A stretch of DNA of 64,000 nucleotides, from assembly GCA_963813715.1 (NCBI GenBank), contig CAWFAK010000009.1, forward strand, positions 640,001 through 704,000. The letters run 5' to 3'. Positions 44,239-55,538 of the stretch are shown here, piece after piece (within the stretch, counting starts at the first letter, position 1; every line of letters begins with the position of its first letter). This DNA comes from an uncultured Planctomycetaceae bacterium. GTDB lineage: Bacteria; Planctomycetota; Planctomycetia; Planctomycetales; Planctomycetaceae. A program made the translations under genes and the position numbers. The notes beneath the pieces are model-generated. The model made no database searches, was not told the DNA's origin, and saw only the letters and a list, made by a program, of their open reading frames with translations.

Positions 44239-46630
44239 CCGCGTCGTCGGTCGACGTGATTCGCGTCTCGGCAGCGTATGCCGCGCGGAGCGACTTGAAG
44301 TCGACGCGGCGGTCGGCGCTCACCACCAGTTCGCGCGGATGGGCCCAGTCGGCGAGCGCCGCCGGATTGGCGCGGCGGCTGCCGTGGTGCGGTGAGAGCA
44401 ACACGTCGACCGGCAACGGCGGGCGGCTCAACAGCGTTTGCTGACCCTGCCCGTCGAGATCGCCCGTGAGCAGAATCCGTCGGCCGGCGAACTCGATCGC
44501 CAGCACGATGGAATTGGCGTTGTCGTCCGAATGCGGGCGGCCGAAGCCGGGATGCAGCAAGCGAATTTCGACCCGCTCGTCGAGCCGCAGTCGATCTTCG
44601 TCGCGGACAAGGCGGATCGGCACGCCGGCCTCCGCCGTCTCGTCGCACAGCGCGGCCACGGCCGGCTGCTTGAAATCGAGAAACTGCTGCGAGACCAGGA
44701 GCGCGCCCACCGGCATCGCGTGCATCAGCTCGGCCGCACCGTTGAAGTGATCCATGTCGGCGTGCGAGACGACGAGCGCGTCCAGCCCCTGGCGGCGGCG
44801 TTCCCACAGCGTTTGCTGCACGGCCCGCTGGGCGATGCGACCGTCCTGCATCGAGCCGGCGTCGTAAAGCAACGTGCGGCCGTTGGGGCACTCGATCAGG
44901 ATCGCCCCGCCGTGGCCGACCGACAGAAACGTGCAACGCAGGGCGTCGTCCTCGGCCGTGCGCAGGCCCCAGCCCAAGCCGACGATCAGCCAGGCCAAGA
45001 GCAGGCACCAGCCGCGGCCGCCCCAGCGTCGTACGGGCCGCACGAAGGCTAGCGCGAAGAGGACCGCGTAATACCCGGCCAGCCACCAATCGGACGGGCC
45101 GGCGACGTAAAAGTGCGACATCCGCACATGAGCGGCCCGCTCCACCAGGTACAACAGCATCCCGAGGCCCCATTCGAACGGCACGGCGGCGATCCACGAA
45201 ACGTCCGGAGCCAGCAGCCCGACGCCCAGGTGGATGTAGCCGGCCCAGAGAACGCAGAGCGAGACCGGCGCCATCACCACGTTGATCAGAATGCCGACCG
45301 GCGAAATGATGTGGAACCGCGCCGCCACCAGCGGCAGCGTGAAGAGCGCGGCGGCGATGGCGATCGTCCAGTCGTCGCGCAGCTGCTCGCGCAGCGATCG
45401 GACCCACGCGTGGATCGTCGCGACGAAGCGCGAGGCCGGTTCTCCGTCGGCGAGCGCAAGTTCAGTCGGCCTTCTCCACCGCCCGCAGGCCCAGGCAATC
45501 CCCAACACCGCCAAGAACGACAGCTGCGTTCCCGTATTAAAGAGATCGGTCGGATTCCACAGCAGAATTACGAGGGCCGCCAGCGCCAGGCAGTTCGTCA
45601 GCGACGGCCGCCGCATGATCAAGCGCGCAAGCGAATAGAGGGAAATCATCACGGCGGCGCGAATCACCGGCGGATTGCCATCAGTGAGGAGCGCGTAGCC
45701 CACGACGCCGACGATCGTGAGCAAGCTCGTCCCTCTTACGGAAAGCCCGGCCAGCCGGCCCACGCCCCACAGCAACAATCCGAGAATCGCCACGTGCATT
45801 CCGGAGATCGCCAGCACGTGCAACAGCCCGCTCTTGGTGAAGGCGTCGCGAATCTCCTCGTCCATCTGCATGCGGCCGCCGAACAGCAACGCGTCGGCCA
45901 CCGGCGCCGTGCGCGGCGAAAGATCGCGGGCGAAGACCGCTTCTCCCTCCGCCCGCAGCCGGGCCGCCCATTGCCAGAGCGAGACTGCCGAGCCCACCTT
46001 TAGCAGCCGCACGGCGTCCGGATGGTCGGCCGTCAGCAAACAACGGATCCCTTTGCCCCGATAGAAGCCGGCCGGATCGAAACCGCCCGGATTCTTCGCC
46101 GGTGCGGGCAAGCTCAGCCAGCCGCAGACCTCGACCCGGTCCTCCACGTCGCAATGCACCAGATGGCCGCTGACGTGGACCAGAGCCCGGCCGCTCACCG
46201 CGCACTCGTCCCCGCCGTCGAGGAGACTTTCGACTGCCAGGACGGCGGTCGAGGCATCGGGCCTTGGCCAGGCATAGCGTGCGCTGGGCGTATCGTGCGA
46301 GATTAAATCGGGCCGGGCAAGCAGCGTGCCGACCACGCGCACCAGCCGCGGCTCGTCCGAAGCGAAGAGCGACAAATCGTTGTCGCGGGCGACCGACCAG
46401 GCCAGATGATGCCGCGCACCGCCCAGACAAACGACGCCCAATAGCAGCGCGACGGCCGATTCTTTGGCGAACCGCGTCGGAGACAGCGCGGCCCACGCGG
46501 CAGCCAGCAACACGGCGCCGAACAGCCAGACGTCGAGCGGCGCCGGCCGAAAATGATCGCAGCATATACCGCCGCCCAGCGCCAGCGCGATCGCCACGGC
46601 CGGATGCCGAATAGGGGATCCGTCTTTCAT
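44162..46630 (-). CDS. comEC: DNA internalisation competence protein ComEC/Rec2
   Basis: NPGGFD, GLLHVLAISGMHV, QLSFLA, C-terminal MBL domain SHADMDH, LTGD, PHHGS. Confidence 0.93.
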   Translation of the reverse strand: MKDGSPIRHPAVAIALALGGGICCDHFRPAPLDVWLFGAVLLAAAWAALSPTRFAKESAVALLLGVVCLGGARHHLAWSVARDNDLSLFASDEPRLVRVVGTLLARPDLISHDTPSARYAWPRPDASTAVLAVESLLDGGDECAVSGRALVHVSGHLVHCDVEDRVEVCGWLSLPAPAKNPGGFDPAGFYRGKGIRCLLTADHPDAVRLLKVGSAVSLWQWAARLRAEGEAVFARDLSPRTAPVADALLFGGRMQMDEEIRDAFTKSGLLHVLAISGMHVAILGLLLWGVGRLAGLSVRGTSLLTIVGVVGYALLTDGNPPVIRAAVMISLYSLARLIMRRPSLTNCLALAALVILLWNPTDLFNTGTQLSFLAVLGIAWACGRWRRPTELALADGEPASRFVATIHAWVRSLREQLRDDWTIAIAAALFTLPLVAARFHIISPVGILINVVMAPVSLCVLWAGYIHLGVGLLAPDVSWIAAVPFEWGLGMLLYLVERAAHVRMSHFYVAGPSDWWLAGYYAVLFALAFVRPVRRWGGRGWCLLLAWLIVGLGWGLRTAEDDALRCTFLSVGHGGAILIECPNGRTLLYDAGSMQDGRIAQRAVQQTLWERRRQGLDALVVSHADMDHFNGAAELMHAMPVGALLVSQQFLDFKQPAVAALCDETAEAGVPIRLVRDEDRLRLDERVEIRLLHPGFGRPHSDDNANSIVLAIEFAGRRILLTGDLDGQGQQTLLSRPPLPVDVLLSPHHGSRRANPAALADWAHPRELVVSADRRVDFKSLRAAYAAETRITSTDDAGAVTFTIHPDGTIDRATCVAEKHVR

Positions 46631-46989
46631 CGGCGGAGCCAACGGGTGCTTGGTGGTCGGCGGCGGACACCGGATGGATCGTCAACGGGCCCTTGGACAC
46701 GGGCCTCGTGAGTCCGGCCGCCGACTGAGACCGCCGCCAGTGTACACCGATCGGCGGCATCTCGCGCTCACAGGAGCGATGGCAGCGGCGGAGGTCAGGG
46801 CGTGGCGAAAAGCCACTGCGGACGGCGGACGCTGAGCCACGGACGTTAAGATTTGTGAAGGACGTAGGTGTTTGCCCGCGCCCCGGGCGGTCGAGTATTG
46901 TAGATTGGCAGGGTTCCCGCCGCTTGGGCCTGTCGGTTTGGGGCACTTCTCCGCTTTCGAGTCCGTCCGTTCGAGTACGAGCCTCCGCC

Positions 46990-48949
46990 ATGAGCCAGAG
47001 TCCCACTGTCGGTTTTCGCGACGCGATCGCCGCCCTGGAGCAGTTGGGCGCCGCGTTCTCCCGCTACGATGAAGCGGGCGGGCGGGTCATCGTCTTTACC
47101 GGCTCCAAGATCGACGACCGCACCCTCGAGCTGGTCCGCCACGTTCCCGGCATCAAGCGGCTCGACCTCCGCGGCACGACCATCACCGACGCGGGTCTCG
47201 AACATCTCAAGGACATGACCGACCTCGAGCAGGTCTGGCTCACCGGAACGCGGATCACCGGCGCCGGCCTGGCCCGGTTGCAGAAACTCAAAAATCTCAA
47301 GTCGCTGCTCGTGGGCGAATCGCGGGTCGACAATGGCGGCCTCGCGCATGTCCGCGGGCTCCGCAGCCTGGTCACGCTCGGCCTTTCCGGCACCCGGATC
47401 ACCGATGCCGGGCTCGTCCACCTCAAGGAACAGACCAAGCTGCAGATGCTCGATCTGCGCAACACGCGCACGACCGACGTGGGCCTCAATCATCTCGTCG
47501 GACTCTCGAATCTGGCCGAATTCTTCCTGGCCCGCACCAAGATCACCGACGCCGGCATGGACGTCGTCGGCAAGCTGACGAAGCTCACGAACCTGTCGCT
47601 GGCTAAAACGCCCATCTCCGACGCCGGCATCGCCAAGCTCGAATCGCTCGTCAATCTGCGGCAGCTCGGCCTGGCGAACACGGCCGTCACCGACGCCGGC
47701 ATGGAGTCGATCGGCAAGCTGACGGCGATCGAAAAGCTGACGCTGGTCAGCGTCCGCATCACCGACGAAGGGCTGGCGCCGCTCGCCGCGCTCAAGAATC
47801 TGGAAACGCTCTTTTTAAGCGGCACGCGCGTCGGCAACGAGGGCATGCAGTTTCTCTCCAAGCTGACCCGCCTCGACGACCTGGGCCTGGCTTTTACGGC
47901 CGTGGGCGATGCGGGCCTCGCGCGGCTCAAGGGCTTGGTCAATCTGAACCGCCTCTCACTCGAAAGCACGCGTGTCACCGATGCCGGGCTGCCGGCACTC
48001 GTTGGCATGAAGAACTTGCAGGTCCTGTTCCTCAGCGGCACCGGCGTGGGGGATGAGGGGCTGGCACACCTGGGCCGCCTGACCAACCTCAGAAGCCTGG
48101 GACTGGCTTTCACCCGCATCACCGACGTCGGCTGCGAACACCTCGCACGGCTGTCGCGCTTGGAAAGCCTCTCGATCACCAGCACCCCCATTACCAATGC
48201 CGGGCTGGGTCACCTTGTCGGCCTGTCGCGGCTGCGGAACTTGTCGATTGTCGGCACGAAAATCACCGAGGGCGGCATCAGCAAGCTCAGCCGGGCCGTT
48301 CCCAAGTGCGTGATCAAGACCGACGCGGGCACGGCCGACCACGTCGATTCGGAACTCAAAGCCCGGGCCGAGCTCGAGCGGATCGGCGCGAATCCGCCTC
48401 GACGAAAAAGGCGAAGCGCTCGCCGTCAGCTTCGTTAAGGGAGCCGTCTTCGCCGACAAAGAGCTCGCCCACCTGAAATGGATGATCGACCTCCGGCAGC
48501 TGAGCCTCACCGGGGCCAACATCTCGGACGAAGGCCTCGTCCACCTGTCCGGCCTGACCAAGCTCGAGGTCCTCGATCTCAGCAACACCAAGATCACCGA
48601 CTCCTGGCGCGAGGCCATGCCCGAGCTGCCGCGACTGACCTGGCTCGACGTGCGGGGGACCAAGATCACCGACATCGGCCTCCGCCGCATGAGCGACCTG
48701 CCGAGCCTCAAGAACCTGTTTGTCAGCGGCCCGAAGATCACCAACTCGGGGTTGGAGCACCTGGGCAAGATGACGTCGCTCGAGCACCTCAGCCTCACGC
48801 TCTGCCGCGGCGTCTCGAACTCCGGCCTGCTCTACCTCCGCGGCCTCTACCGCCTCAAACGCTTGGATCTCCGCGGCACCAGCGTGCTGGAAGACGGAGC
48901 CAACCAGCTGCAGCGGTTCCTGCCCAACTGCGCAATGCTCCGCGACTGA
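46990..48949 (+). CDS. Leucine-rich repeat protein, 24-aa LxxLxLxxTxITDxGL repeats (frameshift ~48395)
   Basis: More than 20 regular 24-aa repeats in two blocks, each preceded by an 'LExxGA' cap. Confidence 0.88.
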
Positions 48950-48968
48950 GGTTGGCCGCGGCGGCCGC

Positions 48969-49874
48969 CTAAGTCCGAGCGTTATTCGGCAGCAGGGTCG
49001 TCCACTCGGCGACGTAGGGGCAAACCGTGTCGAGGTCGTAGCGGGTCAGTGTTCGGACGAGATTACAGTCGTCGTTCGCCCAAAGCTCGATATTGGATAC
49101 GACCTCAAGAACCGCGCCTTGGCCGTCTGCCCGCTCAACAACGTACCAATGGACCCAATCGGAGCCTGGCGTGCCTTGCTGCACGGCGGACGCGGCTGCC
49201 CAGCGACCGGACATCAGCGACTCGCGGACTTTCGCGCCCGTGGTTTCGTAATCGACCAAATCGATCGAAGCGAGAGTGCCCATTTTGATGACATCGCTAA
49301 TGTCCCCGAGCCCCTCGCAGTGACTGATCAGTGTTCTCATGACCCACGCCCCATCGGTTGTGGGCTCCTCGTCGCGCACTGCTGACCCATAGCGGGCCAA
49401 CGCCTCGCGCAGGATATCGATCTCGTCGGAATCGAGGTCCGGTAGCATCCCGCCGCCACCTGTCAGTCGCATCAGTCGCGTGGCCAGCCCCGATCGATCG
49501 TCAACGGATTTCACGAACTTGAGTGTCTGCACGACCCTCATTCCGGGGACGCCCCATCGGGACGGGACGAGGTCCCAGCCGACGGCGGCAATCTCGCTCC
49601 AACGATAATGCCACGTCCTCAACAGCGTCTGGACCTCGACGCCAGAACTATCGAACGTCACCATGCGGCCCGTTCCGACGGCGCGACTGAACAAAATCGA
49701 GGCGAAAAAGAAGAATCCGAGCGCCACGGCCGGATCGCGAGTCGCGATCGTAACGACTGCAGCCGGGACCATGAGGAGGCTGTACAGGACCAAAATCAGT
49801 AGCCGCAACCTCCATTCACCGCGAGCGCGACGCCCCAGAACCTGGCGATCAGAACTGGCCGCGGGCTGGGCCAT
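48969..49874 (-). CDS. Hypothetical membrane protein (2 TM plus PH-like segment)
   Basis: 301-aa ORF with atypical codon usage; G.EV.TL...HYRWSEI pattern. Confidence 0.55.
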   Translation of the reverse strand: MAQPAASSDRQVLGRRARGEWRLRLLILVLYSLLMVPAAVVTIATRDPAVALGFFFFASILFSRAVGTGRMVTFDSSGVEVQTLLRTWHYRWSEIAAVGWDLVPSRWGVPGMRVVQTLKFVKSVDDRSGLATRLMRLTGGGGMLPDLDSDEIDILREALARYGSAVRDEEPTTDGAWVMRTLISHCEGLGDISDVIKMGTLASIDLVDYETTGAKVRESLMSGRWAAASAVQQGTPGSDWVHWYVVERADGQGAVLEVVSNIELWANDDCNLVRTLTRYDLDTVCPYVAEWTTLLPNNART

Positions 49875-50453
49875 TTTCCAATATCCCCTGCCGTTTTCGA
49901 CCGACGGTCACCGTTTTGAAAACGCGGGATCTTGCCGATCGGATCACGAAGTCAGCGCGAGGGCGAGGCCAGAGTGCCATGGCGAGCGGCCGAGTCGATC
50001 CACGATTATTCGCGTCGCTCGGGATGGCGGCTCGGAAGGTCCGCTCCCAAGTCCCGCCGCTGCCAAATCTGCGGTCTGAGCATTCGATCCACCGCGTGCG
50101 CGGGCCGGAAAAAGACTTCGCTAACAGTTCCCGCCAATGGCAGGCTGACTGACAGGCGGCCGATAAGACGGCTCCGGCGTGGCCATGACGATGATGAAGC
50201 TCATGACGGGTTGGTCGCGGTCAATCGAAAATGACTGCGTGACGAGCCCGTAGTAGGCGGCCAGATGAATCCCGCTCACGGCGACAGCGAGAGGTTGACT
50301 CAGTGACAAGGAAACGTGCGTTGCGAGCTCGGTGAAGTCAGAGTCGGCCAGATCATGCCGCTCACGGCGACGACGACAGCTACCACAGCGACAAAGGAAA
50401 ACCGCGTTCGACTTCGGTCTATCATGACGTCGGGTCCGCGATCGCATTTCCTA

Positions 50454-51532
50454 TTATTGCGGCGCCAGTGCAGTCACCACCCGCGTCCCCATTTCTTCCG
50501 TGCCGATACTCGGACCGCCGGCCGCAATATCCTTCGTGCGGTGCCCCTGATCAAGCACCGTGTTGACCGCCGCTTCGATCCTCGCCGCTTCCGTTTCGAG
50601 ACCCAGCGAGTGCCGCAGCAGCATCGCGGCGGCGAGGATCGTCGCCAGGGGGTTGGCGATGCCTTTGCCGGCGATGTCGGGGGCTGAGCCGTGGATCGGT
50701 TCGTAGAGGCCGGGGCCGCCGGAGCCGAGGGAGGCCGACGGCAAGCAGGCCGAGCGAGCCGGGGAGCATTGAGCCTTCGTCGGTGAGGATGTCGCCGAAC
50801 ATGTTTTCCGTCACCACGACGTCGAAGTCGCGCGGCCGCGAAATCAGGTGCATGGCCATCGCGTCGACGAGCACCACGTCGTACGCGATCTCGGGGAATT
50901 CGTTCTTCATCACGCGGGCGGCCACCTCCCGCCACAACCGCGACACTTCGAGCACGTTGGCCTTGTCGACCGACGTGACTTTTTTGCGGCGGCCGCGGGC
51001 CAGTTGCCCGGCCAAGCGCACGACCCGCTCGATCTCGCCGGTCGAATAGATCATCGTGTTCCAGGCCTGCTCGCCGCTCGGGTGCGGCTGCCGCACGGCT
51101 TCGCCGAAATACAGGCCGCCGGTCAGCTCGCGGATGAAGAGGATGTCGACCCCCTCGACGATGCTCCGCTTAAGCGGCGAGGCGTCGACGAGTTGCCGAT
51201 GAGCGGTGATCGGCCGCAGGTTGGCGAAGAGGCCCAGCTCCTTGCGAATCTTGAGCAGTCCCGCCTCCGGCCGCGTTTTCGCCCGCGGATCGTCCCACTT
51301 CGGCCCGCCGACCGCCCCCAGCAGCACGGCCTGCGACGACCGGCACTCGGCCAGCGTCCGCTCGGGCAGCGGGTCGCCGAATTCATCGATCGCACAGCCG
51401 CCGATCGGGCACGTCACGAAGTTGAACGTGTGATGAAACCGTTCGGCCACCGCGCCGCAACACGCGCTCGGCTTGGGCAACGACCTCGGGGCCGATTCCG
51501 TCGCCGGGAAGCAACACAATCTTGGCGTTCAT
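50454..51532 (-). CDS. leuB: 3-isopropylmalate dehydrogenase (frameshifts ~51455 and ~50745)
   Basis: [71 protein letters not shown]. Confidence 0.95.
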
Positions 51533-51578
51533 CGGCTTGTTGTCTCACGAAAACCAGAATCGAAAACCTCGCAGCGCC

Positions 51579-51607
51579 AGCTTATGCTGCAACGCGCCTG
51601 GCATCCA
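51579..51607 (-). promoter_or_regulatory. Putative leuB promoter TGGATG-17-TAAGCT (copy 1 of 3)
   Basis: Same hexamers and spacing at 53045-53073 and 55812-55840. Confidence 0.65.
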
Positions 51608-51674
51608 TCGTGCCCCGGTGCGCAGCAAGACCCGGCGAGCGTCGGGCGTAAGCCTGATGGTGCTGAGATCGTTT

Positions 51675-52589
51675 TTATCTGCCGTTTTGCTTTTCCGGCT
51701 GGAGCGAATATCCGGCCGCCGGAATCACGCGTACTGCCGGAGTCACCGATCTGAGGGTGATATGCGTGTTGCGCTCGTTGTCGTGAATTTGCGAGCCGGC
51801 TGGAAGATCGCTCGCAAACGCCGCCTGAATCTGCTCGGCTCCGCGCGGGAACTGCACGCGAATTGTCCGCAACTCATCGGTAAAAAAGAGTTCCCGGTGC
51901 TTGGTGCCCCGATAGCTCTCCAGCTTTGCTGCGAAAGGAAAGGCCCGTCCATCACTGAAGGTCACCAATTTCGAGATGCGCAATCGATGGAAGAGCTTGT
52001 CCTCCAAAAAGGTGTCGTGCCCAAGATGCCTGGCATCGGGTTCGCGGACGAAAAGGTGGGCGTATCCATGTCGCACGTTCACGCGAAGCACTCTCGTTAA
52101 GGGGGGAGTGTCGGCATCGCTATCCACCAGGGATACGTCGGCGTTGGCCATACTGAACCACGACGAACCGCCGAAAAGAAAGTAAAAGCTCGCGGGACGA
52201 AAAGAGGCCGAATGATCTTTCGGCTTTCCCAAATGTTGTAATTCAGTGGCACCATCGCCTGCAGCAAGGCCGTCGGCGTCGAGAGGAAATGCTCGAACAC
52301 ATTGCTCTCTGGATGCACTCGAGCATTTCGCGATCGGGCTCCCATGACCACCGGCAACGAAGCAGGCGATTCCGCTGGGGCATACCTTTACCCCAGCCGG
52401 GCATAGAGGTTCGTTTGATCTCGAATTCGCCCGTGACTGGTGCGTCGTCTTTGAGGCGGTCCAAGAAGCGGTGGAACAACTGTTTTGCCTCGTCGGTGCT
52501 GACCTTCGCGTCGGCTCCCCCTCGAACCGAGGTCAGGGTCACGAACAGCGTGATCAGACAAACTGTTGAGCGAGCGCAGCGGGTCGCAT
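51675..52589 (-). CDS. Putative secreted hypothetical protein (frameshifted)
   Basis: Hydrophobic N-terminus (VCLITLFVTLTSV) and collinear ORFs 52243-52638, 52097-52357 and 51675-52232. AT-richer than the backbone. Confidence 0.45.
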
Positions 52590-52607
52590 GGATCCTGCCC
52601 TGAGTAG

Positions 52608-52725
52608 ACCGAGCAACACAGCGTGCGACGACCGGCACTCGGCCAGCGTCCGCTCGGGCAGCGGATCGCCGAATTCATCGATCGCACAGCCGCCAATCGG
52701 ACAGCTCACGAAGTTGAACGTGTGA
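52608..52725 (-). pseudogene. leuB: 118-bp orphan fragment of a second leuB allele
   Basis: Gap-free match to 51316-51433 with 10 mismatches. Encodes [39 protein letters not shown]. Confidence 0.92.
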
Positions 52726-52767
52726 AGAAGCGAAGTTCAAAGGCTACCGTGTGGGTAATGACTGACT

Positions 52768-52986
52768 CTATCTCTGCGTTTGAAAATAGAGCGCCAGCCA
52801 GATGCAGACCACCAGTTGCATCGCGAGCGGCACGAGGAAATGGACCGGCGTGAACAGCAGCGCGATCGATGCGGTTGTCAGCGTCACAGCAAAGCCCTTG
52901 GCCACGCGGCCGAAGTCTTCGTTGATGAGAATGAAAATCGTTCCGAAAAAGGCAAACGCGAGCGGAAAGAGAAAAATCAGGTTCAT
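52768..52986 (-). CDS. 72-aa membrane protein, paralog 1
   Basis: MNLIFLFPLAFAFFGTIFILINEDFGRVAK...; the paralog at 55524-55742 has the same length and conservative changes. Confidence 0.75.
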   Translation of the reverse strand: MNLIFLFPLAFAFFGTIFILINEDFGRVAKGFAVTLTTASIALLFTPVHFLVPLAMQLVVCIWLALYFQTQR

Positions 52987-53044
52987 CGCCCGTCTCCGAG
53001 TGCAATTCTCCCGGCACAAGTCGTACGCGATCCGGCGGATCCTC

Positions 53045-53073
53045 AGCTTATGCTGCGGGGCGGACGCCATCCA
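53045..53073 (-). promoter_or_regulatory. TGGATG-17-TAAGCT promoter copy 2
   Basis: Lies about 60 bp upstream of 72-aa paralog 1. Confidence 0.6.
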
Positions 53074-53163
53074 TCCTTGAGACGTTGACGTGCCAATTGA
53101 CGCTGGATTGAAGAGGTCTGCTGGTTCAAACTGGCCGGTGACACGCGGACCAAAGAGGCAGTC

Positions 53164-53637
53164 ATGCGGCCGATCACCTTTACGTGTGAAGAAACCGTCT
53201 CCATCACCCCGGGCGACATTCTGCGACAGATCCTCGATCCGGCCTGCTGGCCGGATTTCAAGGGCTTTGGCGTGATCCCGGGAATCCGGGCGGCCCAACT
53301 CGAAGTCCAAACTCCGGAAATCGTCGGCACTCGCTTTCGAGTGACGAACACGGATGGATCGAGCCACGTCGAGGAGATTATCGAGTGGCAACCCGATCGC
53401 CGCTTGAAAACCCGCATGCTCGATTTTTCCGCTCCTCTTTCCCACCTCGCCACGCATTTTGAAGAAACATGGGAGTTCCAAAGCGTCAGCGACAAGACCC
53501 GAGTCACCCGCTTCTTCCAGTTGCACGCCAAATCGGCGTTGACCCGGCCATTGCTTTGGGTGATTTCACTCTTCCTCAAGCGGGCCATCGCTCGCAATCT
53601 GCGACAAATGTCGGCGGCCCCGGGATTGCGGGCCTGA
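53164..53637 (+). CDS. SRPBCC / polyketide-cyclase-like protein
   Basis: WPDF.G..., VGTRFRV.N.DGSSHVEEI.EW.P, TRVTR.F pattern. Confidence 0.7.
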   Translation: MRPITFTCEETVSITPGDILRQILDPACWPDFKGFGVIPGIRAAQLEVQTPEIVGTRFRVTNTDGSSHVEEIIEWQPDRRLKTRMLDFSAPLSHLATHFEETWEFQSVSDKTRVTRFFQLHAKSALTRPLLWVISLFLKRAIARNLRQMSAAPGLRA

Positions 53638-53769
53638 AACGAATCTCCGCCGGGCGCCATCCCGAGAAACACGCCGCCCGGAGCTGAATTCACTCACAAA
53701 AAGCCCTTGCCGCGGCGTCAGTATGCTGGTCGACTTCCGGGAAAGAGCGAAGTTGAGAGGAGCCGGCAC

Positions 53770-55460
53770 ATGAATCTGCGAATCGGGATCACAATGCTCG
53801 TCCTCGGGTCGGCACTGACTGCCGAGGCGAGCACGATCGTGCGGGTCACCGGGCAGGTTGTCGACGCTGCGGGGAAGCCGGTCGCCGGGGCTCGTGTTGG
53901 TGAATACTGGATTAGCGAGCAGGGCGGGCCGCTGAAGTCGGAGCGGCCGGCCGTTTCTGGGGCGGACGGGAGATTCTCGCTTGAGATCGAGCTCTTTCGT
54001 TTCGATCAGGCCTTGATGGCCTTCGACCCGACGGGGCAATTGGGGGGCGTGGCGACGATCGGAATCAAGTCCCCGCAACAGCCGATTTCACTGAAGCTGC
54101 TTCCTCTCGGCCGGATCCGCACACAGTTCACGTCGGAAAAATCAGACGTGCCCCTGTCGGAGTCGTTCCTGACCCTGCTCCTTCCGCCGAACAAGCTCCA
54201 GCTGGGGTACGCCCGGTCGCGTGCCTCGGCCTTTGATCTGCAACTGCCGCCCGGCCGGTATACCCTGCAGGCGGAGGGGGGCGGCGACAACCACGAGATG
54301 GACTCCCGCGAGGTGACTGTCGAGCCTGGGAAATTGGTCGATCTCGGCGAAATCAAGTTGACCCTCTCGCCAAGAGCCCGGCTCTACGGCAAGCCGGCGC
54401 CAGCGTGGCACTTTGCGGACGCGCGCGGCGTTGCCAAAAGCGCGCAGCCGAAGGACTTCAAGGGCAAGTGGGTCGCGCTGGAGTTCTGGGGCTACTGGTG
54501 CGGACCGTGCACAGGCCGCGGTTTGCCCGGCTGGATGGATTTCGCCGACGACCACGCGATCGACCGCGACAAGTTCGACATCGTGACGGTGCACGAGCGA
54601 AACGTGACCGACTTCGCCGACCTCGACAAGAAGCTGAAACCGATCGTCGCCCGCGTGTGGCGCGGCCGTCCGTTCCCGTTTCCGATCCTGCTCGACACGA
54701 GCGGCTCGATGGCCCGGGACTACGGCGTGCGCGGCTATCCGACCGTGGTGCTGATCGACCCGGAGGGCCGCGTGGTTGACTTCGGTCGAAAGCCGACAGA
54801 GTTCGGCAGCCAGGTCTGCGAAGAATTCCTCGCGTCGAAGCTGACGCCTTTGCCACCGGGCAAACGGCTCGAGCGGGCCCTCGACCGTGGGCAGGCCCTC
54901 GGCGTCGATGATGAGCCGCTGGCCGAGCTGATAGATTTTTATGCTCGCGTGAGTCGGATCGCGATTCGCATCGATCGTGACGAGCTCAAAGCCGCGGGGC
55001 TCGACGTGAACGTCATCGTGCCCCTCAAGGTGAACGGCCGCATCACGCTGCGCTCGTGGCTCAACCTCACGCTCGATCCCCTCGGGCTGACGTACGTCGC
55101 GGAGGGCGCCGGGCTGCGGATCGTGCGGCGTTCGCCCGGCAATCTCCGGCTGTCACAACCTTCGCACCGCCAGGAAGAAGAGAACGCCCTCGTCGCCGCG
55201 GCCCTCAAGAAGAAAGTGACCCTCGAATTCCACGGCGAGTCGCTTAAGCAGGGGATCTCCATGCTCGAAACGAAGAGCGGAGATGAGACCTTCTTGCTCA
55301 ACCCGGCGGCTCGACCTGCGGAGGCGATCAGTCCCGAGACGAAGGTGACCGGCTCCACCGTCGAGGAGCCGCTGGCGTCCGCTCTCAGCGGCTTCTCGCT
55401 CCGCTCGGCATGACGTACGTCATCCGCGACGAGTGCGTGATCCTCATCATGGGTCGCTAG
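53770..55460 (+). CDS. Secreted TlpA/thioredoxin-like protein with N-terminal carboxypeptidase-regulatory-like domain and C-terminal STN-like repeats (frameshift ~55390)
   Basis: Signal peptide; GQVVDAAGKPVAGARV; FKGKWVALEFWGYWCGPC; YPTVVLIDPEG; two 'L..xLxPLGxTYV' units. Confidence 0.72.
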
Positions 55461-55499
55461 GACGACCAATGCGGCTCGGCTGGCACTCCTTATCCCGCA

Positions 55500-55538
55500 G
55501 CCGGTCATCGGTTCATTTGCCGGTCATCGGTTCATTTG
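55500..55538. repeat. Perfect 19-bp tandem duplication covering the stop codon of 72-aa paralog 2
   Basis: gccggtcatcggttcattt twice in succession. Confidence 0.85.

Noticed and set aside
47100..48900. 72-bp periodicity (accgacgccggc…) resembling a CRISPR or DNA repeat array
   Set aside because: Fully explained by 24-aa leucine-rich repeats in a coding frame; there is no constant repeat with unique spacers.
50258..50418. Imperfect ~75-bp tandem duplication (ggccagat…ccgctcacggcgac…) just downstream of leuB
   Set aside because: The copies differ by many scattered indels and break any reading frame. This looks like a noisy re-read or consensus artifact, or a decayed gene, and cannot be interpreted without reads.
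40463..52725. Diverged repeat pairs as diversity-generating retroelement TR/VR
   Set aside because: Mismatches are not confined to adenines of one copy and no reverse transcriptase is present.
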